NCBI RefSeq assembly: GCF_964213995.1
Contig: NW_027590162.1
Coordinates: 1 to 64,000, forward strand
Source of the DNA: Mustelus asterias
Taxonomy: Eukaryota
DNA length: 64,000 nucleotides
Direction of reading: 5' to 3'
A program made the position numbers and the translations under genes. Position 1 is the first letter of the stretch; every line of letters begins with the position of its first letter. The notes below the pieces were generated by a model. That model had not been told where the DNA came from and made no database searches. It saw nothing but the letters and a program-made list of their open reading frames with translations. Positions 12,290 through 25,420 of this stretch are shown here, piece after piece.

Positions 12290-13489
12290 TCATTATTTTA
12301 TAGGTCTCTATAAGATCATCCCTAAGCCTCCTGCACTCCAGGGAAAAAGTCCCAGTCTATTCAGTCTCTCATAACTCAAACCATCAAGTCCTGGTAGCAT
12401 CCTAGTAAATCTATTTTGCACTCTTTCAAATTTAATAATATTCTTTCTATAATAGAGTGACCAGAACTGCTCACGGTATTCCTAGTGTGGCCTTACCAAT
12501 GTCTTGTGCAACTTCAACATGACGTACAAAATCCTATGTGAGGATAAATGGGCCAATACATTGCATTGCCATTCCTACAGTTGTTAATGAAGTGAAAAAG
12601 CCGGTGTTTAATGAACTGCCCCATGTGGAAATCTGCTCGAATGTAACAACACTGCAAAATCCTCAATTATTGTTGTTTCTGATCAACCAGCCCTGGAAGC
12701 CCCGATTGGTCTGAAGTTGGAGATGAAGAGGAGCCAAATCTCAACAACTTGCTGACAGACATAAAATTCAGCTGCTTTGGAGCAAGGTGATCCTCGAACA
12801 GGCCATTCAGAGTAGCCAAGACCCTGGAACGTCACCGCTGCTGGAGAACAGAGATGGAGTGAGCAAGGCCAGATTCTCGAGTGGTCAAAATGGGACCTCA
12901 GTCATTGATGGAGTCTCCTACTCCAGTTCTCACTCCTTTTGACATTGTTGGATGGGTTGAAGTGGAGGAAATTAGTCAGGATGGAAGTGGTGACGAGATT
13001 CACAGTCACTCCGTTAGCTTAGAGACCATTTTTAAGGCAATATGTGCAGCGACTCCACTCTGGGGTGGATGTCAGATCAGCTCACCAGGTGGAAGGAGAC
13101 CGAGAGCACAGACGAGGCCATTCAGCCCCAATACTTTCTTAAATGCTCCGTTGTGCAGTTCAAAAACTAGAAGTCTGGGATTCGAGCCAAGTTACGCAGG
13201 TGACTGGGAAAAGCACCATCGGATTAATCAGACCACTGGCCCATACCGGAAAGACTAAAAGCCCAGCACAGGGACGTCAACAGGTATTTTCACTTTTAAT
13301 GTTTCTTCTTTACTCTAAATAACTTCTTGTGTTTGTATAATTATCATAAATGTTTCGCATTAAAACAAATACTCTGAATATTTAGCATTGCTGGAGAAGT
13401 GTAACTGGGAACAATGCCCTGTTCATTCAGTTTGAGGAACACTTCCTGACAGAGGAAGACTGGGACATGACAGCTTCTCCCTATCAGCT

Positions 13490-14500
13490 CCTTCCAATTC
13501 CCCCGACAATTCTGAACACCTCTATCAAATCTCGTCTCAATCTTCTCTTCACTAAAGACCCAAATTCTCCAATCTACCGATGTAACTGAACTTCCTCATC
13601 CCTGGACTCATGCCCCGAGATTTATTACACCCTCGCTAATGCGTTCACACCCTTTCTAAACACTGCTGTCCAGATCAGAGTGCAATACTCCAATTGAGGC
13701 CAAACCAGGGTTTGATACAGGTTTCCCACAACTTGCTTCCTCTTGTTCACTATGCCCCGACGTATAAAGCTCACAATCCCAAATGCCTTAGTAACCACAC
13801 TCTCAACCTGCCACCTAAACAGCAATTTGTCACATTTGACCACAGGTCCCTTGTTCCTGCATGCCTTTACAATTGTATCATTTCTTTTCTATTGTCTCTC
13901 CCTTTTCTTCCCACTGAAATAAATCATTTCACACTTCTCTGCTTTAAATTGGTCTTGTTTGGCCAATCCACAAGCTGTCTAAGAAACTGTGAGCTTCAAC
14001 ACTACCTCCTCACTGTTCACAATGCTGTCATGTATTGTGTAATTACCACAGTTTGAATGTGTGCTCTGTACAGCATTGCCGATGTCTCTAATATGTATCA
14101 GGAAGAGCAGAATTCCTAACACCAACCCTCCTGGAATCCCACTTTACCCGACCTCCAATCCAAATAAAAACATTTCCCACTGCTGTGTTTCCTGTCACTC
14201 AGTCAGTTTCCTATCCATTTTGCTGCTGTCCCTTTTATTCTATCAGCTCCAAATGTTACCACAAGTTTGCTGTGTGCCCCTTTATTTATAAAATGCTTTT
14301 TGCCAGTCCATGTTCACATTAACCACATTAGCCTCATGAACCCTTTCTGTTACCCTCATGAAAATCTCGAGCAAGTTAAATATGATTCCCCTTTAATAAT
14401 TATGTGTGTGTTTTCCTTAATTAATGCACATTAGCACAAGTGAGTGTTAATTTAATCTGCAGTTATTGTTTGGAGAATATCCCACGTTTCTGAGGTTAAA
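13490..14500 (-). mobile_element. Old degraded CR1 LINE
   Basis: ORF 13625..13843 LYQTLVWPQLEYC motif; RT remnants. Confidence 0.65.
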
Positions 14501-14746
14501 CTGATTGGATTTAGTTAGCTTATCCTCACATTCTTTTCTGAAGAAGTGTGTTTACCATTTGCAATTCCCCAGTCCTCTGGCACCACACATATAACTAGCG
14601 AGGATAGGAAACGTTTGGCCAATGCCTCTGCAATTTCCACCCTATTTCCCTCAGTATCCATGGATCCGTCTCTTCCAGTCACAAGAACACAGGAAATAAG
14701 AGCAGACATTGGCCACATGGCTCATCAATAATGTTCCTCCATTCAA

Positions 14747-14990
14747 GGGCAGCATGATGGCACAGTGGATAGCACTGCTGCCTCACAGCATCAGGGAACT
14801 GGGTTCAATTGCAGTCCCAGTTCACTGTGTGGGGTTTGCACATTCTCCCCTTGTCTGCGGGGGTTAGGTTGATTGGCCATGCTAAATTGACTCTTAGTGT
14901 CAGGGGATTCACAGGGTAAATATGTGCGGTTACGGGAATAGGGCTTGATGGGTTGAATGGCCTCATTCTGCACTGTAGGGATTGTATGAT
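14747..14990 (+). mobile_element. V-SINE (HE1-like)
   Basis: GGGCAGCA..GTGGCACAGTGG.TAGCACTGCTGCCTCACAGC head, V-domain, TGCACTGTAGGGATT tail. Confidence 0.8.
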
Positions 14991-15749
14991 TCAATACAAT
15001 GATGATTTATGTATCTTTATTGCCATACAGTGCGAAGCACAGAGGCACAGTATTAAAACAAGAACAGCATCAGACAATACAAAGATAGAAATCATACATA
15101 TTTCTGACAAGTTTTCCAAAAGTCACTACATTTTCAGCATTCCCAACAAAATCATTTGAAATATCAACAATTCTATGTGGGGAAAACAAATTGTGAATAT
15201 CGTCGCATGAACCAAATTTCTGCACTTTATACTGATGCCCACCCAAAATACAGTAGATGCGAATAAAGAACTTTTGAAGCTTGGGTAATAAGGCCATGTA
15301 TCAATTTATAATATTGAACTAAACCATAAATCGGCCTTCTCTAAAGATTGCAATTCAAGAATCCTTAATCCTTCATCAGGTATTCCCCTCATGCCTTCCA
15401 TTTTCCTGGTTACATATCTTTGCACTCTCTCTATCAGCTGAATATCTCTTTGAAAGTGTGGGTTCCAAAGTATGGGTGCAGTCTCCAGATGTGGGCATAC
15501 CAGCTTCTTATAGAGTTTCAGATCTTGGGTTCAACTCCAGTTTACTCCTCACTCCCTTGATTCCCGAAGAAACCAAAATTTGTCTATCTCAGCCTGAACT
15601 GCAATAGAATCCCTCCAGTGCAGATGGAGGCCATTTGGCCCATTGAGTCTGCACCGACTCTCTGAGACACCATCCCACCCAGAACCTGTCTCAGTCACCC
15701 CACATATTTATCCTGCTAATCCCCTTAACTGATACATTTGGGAAACAAA

Positions 15750-16920
15750 GGGTACCATGCGGTACCTTAACAAGGTACCGCAAGGTAGGTTGTTGCATGA
15801 GGTTAAATCTCACGGGATCCTGGGTGAGGTACCTTAATGAATACAAAATTGGCTTCTTGACAGAAACCAGAGGGTGGTTGTTGAGGGTTGTTTTTCAAAC
15901 TGGAGTCCAGTGACCAGCGGTGTGCCTCAGGCATCAGTGCTGGGTCCACTGTTATTTGTCATTTATATTAATGATTTGGATGAGATTATAGGAGGCATGG
16001 ATAGTAAGTGTGCAGATGACACCAAGATTGGTGGCATAGTGGACAGTGAGGAAAATTATCTCCAATTGTAAACGGATCTTGATCAATTGGGCCAGTGGGC
16101 TGACGAATGGCAGACGGAGTTTAATGTAGACAAATGCGAGGTGATGCATTTTGGCAGATTGAACCAGGGCAGGACTTACCAAGTTAATGGCAGAGCGTTG
16201 GGGAGAGATGCAGAACAAAGAGATCTAGGGGTACATGTTCATACTCCTTGAAAGTGGAGTCACAGGTGGACAGAGTGGTGGGGAAGGCATTTGGCATGCT
16301 TGGTTTCATCGGTCAGAACATTGAATACAGGAGTTGGAACGTCTTGTTGAAGTCGTACAAGACATTGGTAAGGCCACACTTGGAATACTGTGTACAGTTC
16401 TGGTCACTATTATAGAAAGGATATTATTAAACGAGAAAGCATGCAGAAAAGATTTACAAGGATGCTACCGGGACTTGATGGTTTGAGTTTTAAGGCGAGG
16501 CTGGATAGACTGGGATTTTTTCTCTGGACGTAGGAGGCTGAGGGGTGATCTTATAGAGATCTATAAAATAATGAGGGGCACAGATCAGCTAGATAGTCAA
16601 GATCTTTTCCCAAAGGTTGGGGAGTCGAAAGCTAGAGGGCACAGGTTTAAGGTGAGAGGGGAGAGATACAAAAGTGTCCAGAGGGACAATTCTTTTACAC
16701 AGAGGGTGGTGAGTGTCTGGAACAAGCTGCCAGAGGTAGTAGTAGAGGTGGGTACAATTTTGTCTTTTAAAAAGCATTTAGAGAGTTACATGGGTAAGAT
16801 GGGTATAGCGGGATATGGACCAAATGCGGGCAAATGGGATTAGCTTCGTGCTTTAAAAAAAAGGGCGGCATGGACAAGTTGGGCCGAAGGGCCTGTTTCT
16901 ACGCTGTAAACCTCTCTGAC
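15750..16920 (+). mobile_element. 5'-truncated CR1 LINE
   Basis: ORFs 15874..16071 (GVPQASVLGP, ADDT) and 16571..16843. Confidence 0.85.
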
Positions 16921-17108
16921 TCGGAACCCATTCGGCCGATCTTGTCCATGCCAGTCCGAGGCCCCCCTTTCCAAGCTCACCTTCCTGCACCCGGCCCGGA
17001 ACCATGCAGCTGAAAGCATGATGGCGATCGAAATACTTCATACCAAAAAATCACCAGGTTTTTTTTTGTTGTCTGAAATAGCGGAAGTAAACACTTCACA
17101 ATCATAAC

Positions 17109-17190
17109 CGCTGCGAGCGGGGCTCGAACCTGCGCGGGGAAACCCCATTGGATTTCAAGTCCAACGCCTTAACCACTCGGCCATCACAGC
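17109..17190 (-). tRNA. tRNA-Ser(TGA)
   Basis: GCTGTGATGGCCGAGTGGTTAAGGCGTTGGACT-TGA-AATCCAATGGGGTTTCCCCGCGCAGGTTCGAGCCCCGCTCGCAGCG; long variable arm; one T-stem A-C mismatch. Confidence 0.88.
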
Positions 17191-17520
17191 TGCGCATTTC
17201 TATAAATAATGTAACCTCAGTAATGTTCATATTAACTTCTATCAAGTACCGGGATTGTGCAGAGCACAGTGTGTGAGCTGAAATGTGTTCCTCTATCGTT
17301 ACTTTGTATCTTTGTCACGAACGGAGAACTCATTTGATGTCAGAGACTTGTTTTCCGATTTCAATATTTTTTCATGAGAAACGAATTACGTCCGAATAGA
17401 AAAAAATAAAAACTGATAGGTCTATTTTAATTCACTATTGTCAAATGTTGCGTTCGCCCTGTTTTTGTCCACTCGGTTCAAAACAATATTCGCGGATAAG
17501 GTGCTAAAACAAATTACGGA

Positions 17521-17592
17521 TACGATGGCCGGGAATCGAACCCGGGTCAACTGCTTGGAAGGCAGCTATGCTCACCACTATACCACCATCGC
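17521..17592 (-). tRNA. tRNA-Gly(TCC)
   Basis: GCGATGGTGGTATAGTGGTGAGCATAGCTGCCT-TCC-AAGCAGTTGACCCGGGTTCGATTCCCGGCCATCGTA; compensatory A4-T69 pair; TTTGTTTT downstream. Confidence 0.92.
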
Positions 17593-18329
17593 TCACTCTG
17601 CTCAAGGAATCGTTATTTTAATCAGTTATAATTACGGAACTACCTGAGTTGCTGATTTCATTCCGCACCAGGTGTGTCCACAGCACAGTTTGGAAACTGA
17701 ACTTGGCTTGTCTCGTTTTTCTGGACAGTTCAATTTATCTTTTTACTGTTGTTTCTGACTGGGAACTCATTGTTTAATTTTGAGGCCTGTCCTTTCATTT
17801 AAACAACTGAAAGCAAATTGAAGCTTGATTTTCCATTAGAAATCTTTAGTGAATTTTATTTTCGGAGTGCCCACCTCCTGTTGTGACATGCGATAGCGAA
17901 TTAAATAAATCACCACTGTGATGGTCAGGAACTGACGTTTGGTCAAACGCTCTCCCAGTCACCACTCCACCTCCATCGTTCACCTGACTGTGCCACTCCC
18001 TCAGTGAGAAAGTCCAGCTCTGACAATGAATCTGGTTCCCTCCAGGTCCAATCGGAGGATGGTCAGGAACTGTCTGTCGCTGTTAGAAATTCCATTATCA
18101 GCGAGTGGGGGATGATTATTTAACTGGCTGTCACTGGTTGTTGAGGTTGTGATTTATTGTTACCTGTCAGTGCAGGAGAAACAAATAAAACAGGAAATCC
18201 AGAGACTCCAAGAGCAGATAATTTGTATTTTCATGGTAAACAAACACAGTGATCTCTGCAATCACTGTAATAACTGGGGGGGGGGGGGGAAACAGATATG
18301 ATTGGCTCTGGCCACGGAATCTGGTTAAC

Positions 18330-18460
18330 AGATGTGGTCCTACACCACATGGACTGCAGCGGTTCCAGAAGGCAGCTCACCACCACCTTCCCAAGGGCAA
18401 TTAGGGATGGGCAATAAATGCTGACCCAGACAGCGACGCCCACATTCCACGAATGAATTC
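18330..18460 (+). mobile_element. LINE/SINE 3' tail fragment (L2-like)
   Basis: AAGGGCAATTAGGGATGGGCAATAAATGCTG...GAATGAAT tail shared with 40480-40545 and 44950-45010. Confidence 0.6.
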
Positions 18461-19033
18461 AAAGACAATCTGTGGGGAGCGGGCCTCAGAGTGTTTAACA
18501 GTTACTGAGGTGAAAAACTATAAATAACCCCCTGGAATCCGGAGCAAAGGCCGGAAGGAGGAGAAATTCCGTCCTGGGACCTTACAATTGGTGAAAGTTT
18601 TGTCTTGTGAATGTGTAGATGTGAATATTGTGTAAGAGAGAGTGTATGAAAGGAGCGGGCGGTTCAGACGAATTCAACTGTGTTTGTGTGTCTGTTCTGA
18701 TCATGAGATCTCCGAGCCTCTCTTGTGTAAAATAAAACAATTTTTCAATCAAAGATTCCCGCTAAACCCGCTGCTGAGCCCCAAAGTTAGATTTCAGGGC
18801 AATTGTTTCGCTAAATTCAAGATTTCAGTGGAAATGTAGAGAACATGTCAGCTATCGCGTGTGAGAGCGCGATCAGTGCAGCAGTAAAACGGGTTTCAGT
18901 GGAAAATGGAGTCCTCAGTTCGAGTGAAACCTTTTCAACAGCAAACATTCGTGTGTCACAGACATGAAGGATGTGAGCTGGATCTCTGGAGAGGCGGAAT
19001 TTCATTGCAATGGGACAGTTTCTGAGGAGCGAG

Positions 19034-19040
19034 AAACACA
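19034..19040 (+). promoter_or_regulatory. H1 box (AAACACA)
   Basis: H1-specific element about 145 bp upstream of the H1 ATG. Confidence 0.6.
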
Positions 19041-19182
19041 GAGAGGTTGGAGGAGCCGGGAGCTGACAGCAGCTTGTCTCTGCTCCGTCCGCTCTCTGCC
19101 TTTAAGTTGCTCTGTGCCGCCACCACTGGGTTCATTTCGGATCCAGTTCTGACACACACAGATTTTCCACACACTCTCGGAT

Positions 19183-19833
19183 ATGACTGAAACTGCAGCC
19201 GCCGAAACGGCTCCTCCAGCCGCTCCCGCTCAAGTGAAGTCTCCCAGGAAGAAGAAGGCGGCTCCCCGACCTGCGGCAGCCGGTCCCAAGTTAGGCGAGC
19301 AGATCCTCAATGTTGTGGCGGGTTGCAGCGATCGCAAGGGGATGTCCCTGGCCGCGATAAAGAAAGCTTTGGCTGGCAGTGGAGTGGATGTGGGGAAGCG
19401 CGGCTCCCAGATCAGGTTAACTATCAAGAGGAAGGTGGAGACAGGGTCGCTTTTGCAGACAAAGGGACAGGGCGCCTCCGGCTCCTTCAATCTCGCTAAG
19501 AAGGAAAGCCTGGGGAAAATGGGAAAGAAGGTGAAGAAAACAACTGCCAAGAAATCTTTCGTGAAGAAAACAGCGGCCAAGAAGGTGACAACAAAGAAAG
19601 CAGCAGCCAAGAAACCCGCAGCAAAGAAAACTCCAGTGAAGAAATCAACAGTGAAGAAAACAAGCAGCAAGAAGGCGGCAACTCCAAAAAAGGCGGTGAA
19701 GAAAGCAGCCCTGAAGAAAAAGTCTCCTGTGAAGAAGGTCACGGGCGGAAAGTCTGTCAAAAAAGTGACTAAATCCAAGGCCAAACCCAAAGTGAAAGCA
19801 GCAAAAGCGAAGAAAGCGTCAGGAAAGAAGTGA
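19183..19833 (+). CDS. H1: Replication-dependent linker histone H1
   Basis: 216 aa; globular domain (RKGMSLAAIKKAL...QTKGQGASGSF), Lys/Ala-rich tail with S/TP-x-K motifs; stem-loop downstream. Confidence 0.95.
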   Translation: MTETAAAETAPPAAPAQVKSPRKKKAAPRPAAAGPKLGEQILNVVAGCSDRKGMSLAAIKKALAGSGVDVGKRGSQIRLTIKRKVETGSLLQTKGQGASGSFNLAKKESLGKMGKKVKKTTAKKSFVKKTAAKKVTTKKAAAKKPAAKKTPVKKSTVKKTSSKKAATPKKAVKKAALKKKSPVKKVTGGKSVKKVTKSKAKPKVKAAKAKKASGKK

Positions 19834-19869
19834 AACAACCCGAGCAAATTGTAAACCTCTGAACCCAAA

Positions 19870-19910
19870 GGCTCTTCTCAGAGCCACCCACATCTCTCAG
19901 GAAAGAGCTG
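19870..19910 (+). promoter_or_regulatory. Histone 3' stem-loop and HDE (H1)
   Basis: GGCTCT-TCTC-AGAGCC (19870-19885) ACCCA; AAAGAGCTG at 19902-19910. Confidence 0.92.
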
Positions 19911-20078
19911 ATCCCGCAAGAAAATGATTCCTGTCCCGCGGCCCGGCTCATTCTCAATAGAGATCATTTCAAATTCAGACTAAAGCAAAACACAGCAGAT
20001 GCTGAATTTCATTTGAATTAGACATTTGTTCAATCGCCACTTTCTCTCATAATAAAGATGTCTGGTAGATTCAATGTG

Positions 20079-20393
20079 ATGATGTGGAGATGCCGGCGTT
20101 GGAGTGGGGTAAACACAGTAAGAAGTTTAACAACACCAGGTTAAAGTCCAACAGGTTTATTTGGTAGCAAAAGCCACACAAGCTTTCGGAGCTGCAAGCC
20201 CCTTCTTCAGGTGAGTGGGAATTCTGTTCTGTAATGTTCTGTTATGTAAATTGAGTCTGTGTCTTTATATGCTCTGTTTGTGAACAGAATTCCCACTCAC
20301 CTGAAGAAGGGGCTTGCAGCTCCGAAAGCTTGTGTGGCTTTTGCTACCAAATAAACCTGTTGGACTTTAACCTGGTGTTGTTAAACTTCTTAC
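20079..20393. mobile_element. Penelope-like mini-element, inverted pLTRs with one-sided tail
   Basis: About 115-bp inverted repeat; 12-bp TSD AGATTCAATGTG at 20067-20078 and 20395-20406. Confidence 0.88.
20298..20334 (+). ncRNA. Minimal hammerhead ribozyme motif (second copy on - strand at 20177-20213)
   Basis: CAC-CTGAAGA-A-GGGGC TTGCA GCTCC-GAA-AGCT-T-GTG. Confidence 0.68.
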
Positions 20394-20456
20394 GAGATTC
20401 AATGTGAGACAGTAACACTGGCGGCTCAACACCGCATTCCCGCCTAATTTTTAACC

Positions 20457-20729
20457 GAATCCCTGCAGTGCAGAAGGAGGCCAATCGTCCCATCGAGTCT
20501 GCACCGACCTCAATCCCACCCAGTCCGGATCCCCATTACCCTATTTATTGACCGGACTTCCTCCCCGACACTCCGGTGCAATTTTGCATGGCCAATCAAC
20601 CTGACAGGCGGGAGGAAACCGGAGCACCCGGAGGAAGCCCAGGGAGAATGTGCAAACTCCACACAGACAGAGACCTCAGCCGGGAATCGAACCCAGTTGC
20701 CTGGAGCTGTGAGACGGCAATTCTTAGCC
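20457..20729 (-). mobile_element. V-SINE, slightly 5'-truncated
   Basis: B box GGTTCGATTCC, V-domain, GCACTGCAGGGATTC tail on - strand. Confidence 0.8.
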
Positions 20730-20738
20730 AAAAATCAA

Positions 20739-20821
20739 TGTCAGGAGTGGGATTTGAACCCACGCCTCCAGAGGAGACTGCGACCTGAACGCAGCGCCTT
20801 AGACCGCTCGGCCATCCTGAC
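20739..20821 (-). tRNA. tRNA-Leu(CAG)
   Basis: GTCAGGATGGCCGAGCGGTCTAAGGCGCTGCGTT-CAG-GTCGCAGTCTCCTCTGGAGGCGTGGGTTCAAATCCCACTCCTGACA; T5 terminator 4 nt downstream. Confidence 0.93.
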
Positions 20822-21353
20822 TCCGTTAATTTTAAGCACAGGAGATTGCCCCAAACAGCTTCAATAAAGTGTTTGCAAACAGCGAGAAGCAGATGTGTGT
20901 GAGGATGTTCCGGAGGAAGATTCTTGCTATAGAATCGACTGTGTTTAGGTCCGAATATGACTGACTGGGAATTATTCCGGGACCAGGTTTAAAAACACAA
21001 AAGGACAAAGCCACGACCCGAAACGTTAACTCTGTCTCTCTCTCTTCACAAAAGCTGTCGGAACTGCTGATTATTTGCAGCATTTTCTGTTTTGATTCCA
21101 TATTTCAAAGCTCCGGGTTTGTGGAAACTCTTGTATGTGAAGGGCGGCTCTGGAAGGGTTTGTGTGGGGAGCTGTGTTTCGCTTCCATTGTTAATAAACG
21201 GGTTGAAATTGGCGGTTGCAGAAACTGGAGGTGGAGCTGAAAGATCAGGGGCCGTTCTGTGTGTGTGTCAGTCCGGCTCTCTCCTCCCTCCCGCTCTGTG
21301 TTTAATCTTCACTCTGTCTCCTCCCCTCTCTGCTCTCACTCCGCCTTTCTCAG

Positions 21354-21378
21354 TCAGGTCGGGGCGGGCTGTATAAAA
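21354..21378 (+). promoter_or_regulatory. H4 core promoter (TCAGGTC element, GC box, TATA)
   Basis: TCAGGTC-GGGGCGGG-CTG-TATAAAA about 57 bp upstream of ATG. Confidence 0.75.
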
Positions 21379-21425
21379 GGAGCCTGAAAGAGTTCCTCTC
21401 TCATATTGTGCAGAGATCTGAGTGA

Positions 21426-21746
<321 letters not shown>

Positions 21747-21780
21747 ACAACTGCAACCTTCCTACCGAACACACAACAAA

Positions 21781-21820
21781 GGCTCTTTTAAGAGCCACTC
21801 ACCGCTTCACAGAGAGAGCA
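21781..21820 (+). promoter_or_regulatory. Histone 3' stem-loop and HDE (H4)
   Basis: GGCTCTTTTAAGAGCC 21781-21796; purine-rich AGAGAGAGC downstream. Confidence 0.92.
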
Positions 21821-22180
21821 GTGACCTGGGAACGGCAGCTGGGACAGGCTGTTCAGTGTTTGAGATGCATGTTTGTTTTGTTTCGGGTACAGTGCGGGAA
21901 TCACCGAATTTAACATTTCATTTGGAGCAGCGATGCGGATTGTTTTTGAAATTTTTAAGTGGATTGTCTAAGCAGCCCCCAGTTGACATGTGCCCTCAGT
22001 GAAACGCCACATCACTCCTGTTTAATCACTCAGTGTTTGGATAGAGTTTATAAAAGCTTTCTCTGGAATAGCGGAGTTTAGTAGCAGCAGCCGGTGAATC
22101 GTTCACTGGAAGCAGTCCCAGTTGTGATGCTATTTGCCCCCAGACGGTTGTTTCCTGCACTGAAACTGACAGGCTTTGTC

Positions 22181-22880
22181 CTCTTTTTAGGTCAAACCAA
22201 ACCAAGTAAACAAACTCAGATTAAATCAGGACAAAGTAAAAGGGGCAGCTCCCCAAAAAGGAGGGGGAACAGCCCGAACAGAAATCAAAGTACAAAGGAA
22301 ACTTAAAAACATCAAATTAAAATGTGATTATTAGGGTCAATAATGCACCCCAACCCCTGCGGTGCCCAGCGGGCGCGGAAAGCGTCAACCTCGCCCGTGG
22401 ACACCGCATGCTCCCTCTCCAGGGACACCTGGCCGCGAACGTAGCCGCGGTAGAGGGGAAGACAGTCAGGATGGACGGCCCCCTCGATCGCCCGCAGCCT
22501 GGACCGGTAAATGGCGCGTTTCGCCTGGCCCAGAGGCAGGTTCACGAGGAGGTCGCCATCCCGACCCTCCCCTCTCCGCACCGGGTGTCCGTAGATCAGG
22601 AGCGTGGGACTGAAGTGCAGACAAAACATCAACAAAAGGTTCTGTAGGAAAACATAAAGGGAGTGCAGCCTAAGACACTCAACATAGGCATGGTCCACGG
22701 AATCCACAAGGCCGCAGAAAGGGCAGTCTTCGGAGCCCGTGAACCAGTGAATCCTACGGTTGTGCGGAACTGCTGCATGCATCACCCTCCACCCCAGGTC
22801 CCCGACGGAATTGGGGGAGATCCCTCCGTAGAGGGACCTCCAGCGGGGACCTCCGCCGCCCGGCGGCAACAAGGCCCGCC
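22181..22880 (-). mobile_element. Tx1-clade (L1 group) LINE 3' fragment
   Basis: ORF 22312..22872 with GDLGWRVMH and CPFC..DSVDHAYVEC zinc knuckle, typical Tx1 ORF2 C-terminus; T-rich 3'UTR. Confidence 0.75.
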
Positions 22881-23768
22881 AAGGTGGAGAAACTGATCAG
22901 TTTCCGCTCAGTCATTCACAAACCCGCAATTCCCGCAGTTTGAGCCGCTCCAACCCCAGCCTGCTTCTGATTGGCCATCCTCTCCACATTCGCAGCTCTG
23001 AACCAATCGCAGAGCATCGAATGTGAACATTGAGCCAATCATTGGCTTCAACTGTCAACCGGCAGATATTTTGAATTGGGGGAAATCCCGCCAATTTCAG
23101 CGCGGGAAAGGGAATTGAGACAAATTCTTAACTTATTAAAAATAGATTCTCAATTAATATTCTGCTATAAGATTATTTTACAAAGAGGTTTCATTTGCGA
23201 ACATTTGTCCGCCGCGGGCGGCAAACGGCTCTATTCAGTAATGTCAAACGGTACAAATATGAAGCCACTCTCTGTGCCAAACAACAAACTCAACCCTTTC
23301 ACACCGGCTTCAGGGGGACACAGAAGTGAAAGATTTCTGATCCTTTCCCCTGAAAGCGGCGGCGAATGTCACAAACGACAGGAGAGGGGAAATCTGAATG
23401 GGCTGGAGAGGAAAGGGACAGGGATCGAGTGGAACAGCGGGAGATTCTGGGAATGAACAGCCCACAGAGCGGGGAAAGGGTCTAAAGCACTAAGTGGAGG
23501 GAGATGGACTTCAAATCTTCAATATTTCGAGGAATGATTATTTTATTAAGGACGGAATAAAGTCTTTGAAACAGACGTTTATTTCCTGCATCGAAAACGG
23601 CCCAATTTCTGAAAGGGGCGGTTAAGGAAACCACTTAACCAATCAGAACCTGAGTTACAGACATTAATTCGCTGGTCAGAGTTTGATTGAAACTTCCTGG
23701 GCCAATTCCCGCTGGGGGCGGTTCCTCACACAGTTTAAAAAGGCGGATGCAGCGCAGACTCTGTATGA

Positions 23769-24287
<519 letters not shown>

Positions 24288-24924
24288 CGATCTCCTGTTA
24301 ACGATTCTCGTGTTTCAATTCCCAGGACAGAATATTCCAATACTGAAACCTCTCAAATGTTATAATTAACTCTCCGTTGCATTGAGGTCACTCATATCTC
24401 CAATCCTTTGATGGTTAGAGTAAAAACGATGCCGTTAACAATTGTACTGCAATTTAATTTTAAAGTGGTTTTATTAAACCTGCGATAATTTAAGTTTCCG
24501 AGGAATAATTCCCCAAATCCACTTTGTCCTCATGTTTCGAGTCGCAGCGTGAGTGTTGAAAATTGCGTCAGTCAGGAAGCATAACAGAAACCCACTCACA
24601 CCGATATAGCCATTGCAGAAACGCTTGCACATTCGCATAGACAATAATTAACACTTTTCCAGATACAATGACTGGCTCTGAAAACCGATGGGCTGCAGAT
24701 GAATGTCCTCGCAGACTATCACATTTTAAAGCAATTATATTGGAAATAGGATCATTTCAGTTCACTGGGATGGTTTCCCTGATTAACAACAGCAACTTGT
24801 ATTAAAATACTGTATGTGTCAGTCGTACGGATTGATAGAATAAAGCGGAAACAGCTGTGCTGTGAATAGCAGTGCAGAAACTGACCGATAGACACCAGGT
24901 CGCCCTTTTTCAGATAAAGTGAGT

Positions 24925-24940
24925 GGCTCTGAAAAGAGCC
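24925..24940 (-). promoter_or_regulatory. Histone 3' stem-loop (H2A copy 1)
   Basis: GGCTCTTTTCAGAGCC on - strand followed by ACTCA. Confidence 0.92.
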
Positions 24941-24970
24941 TTTGGGTTATCAGATTAAAGAATGGTCGCT

Positions 24971-25420
<450 letters not shown>

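Larger units (their letters stand above)
10500..12525 (-). mobile_element. Older CR1 3' fragment (10500-10845 and 12290-12525) split by an insertion
   Basis: Left part ends ...AGCTGATCT, right part resumes TCATTATTTTATAG; these lie only a few nt apart in sibling copies (about 16560-16590 on the other strand; 37070-37100). Confidence 0.8.

Noticed and set aside
19230-19868. 212-aa Phe/Ala-rich ORF antisense to H1
   Set aside because: Mirror of Lys/Ala codons; no independent signals
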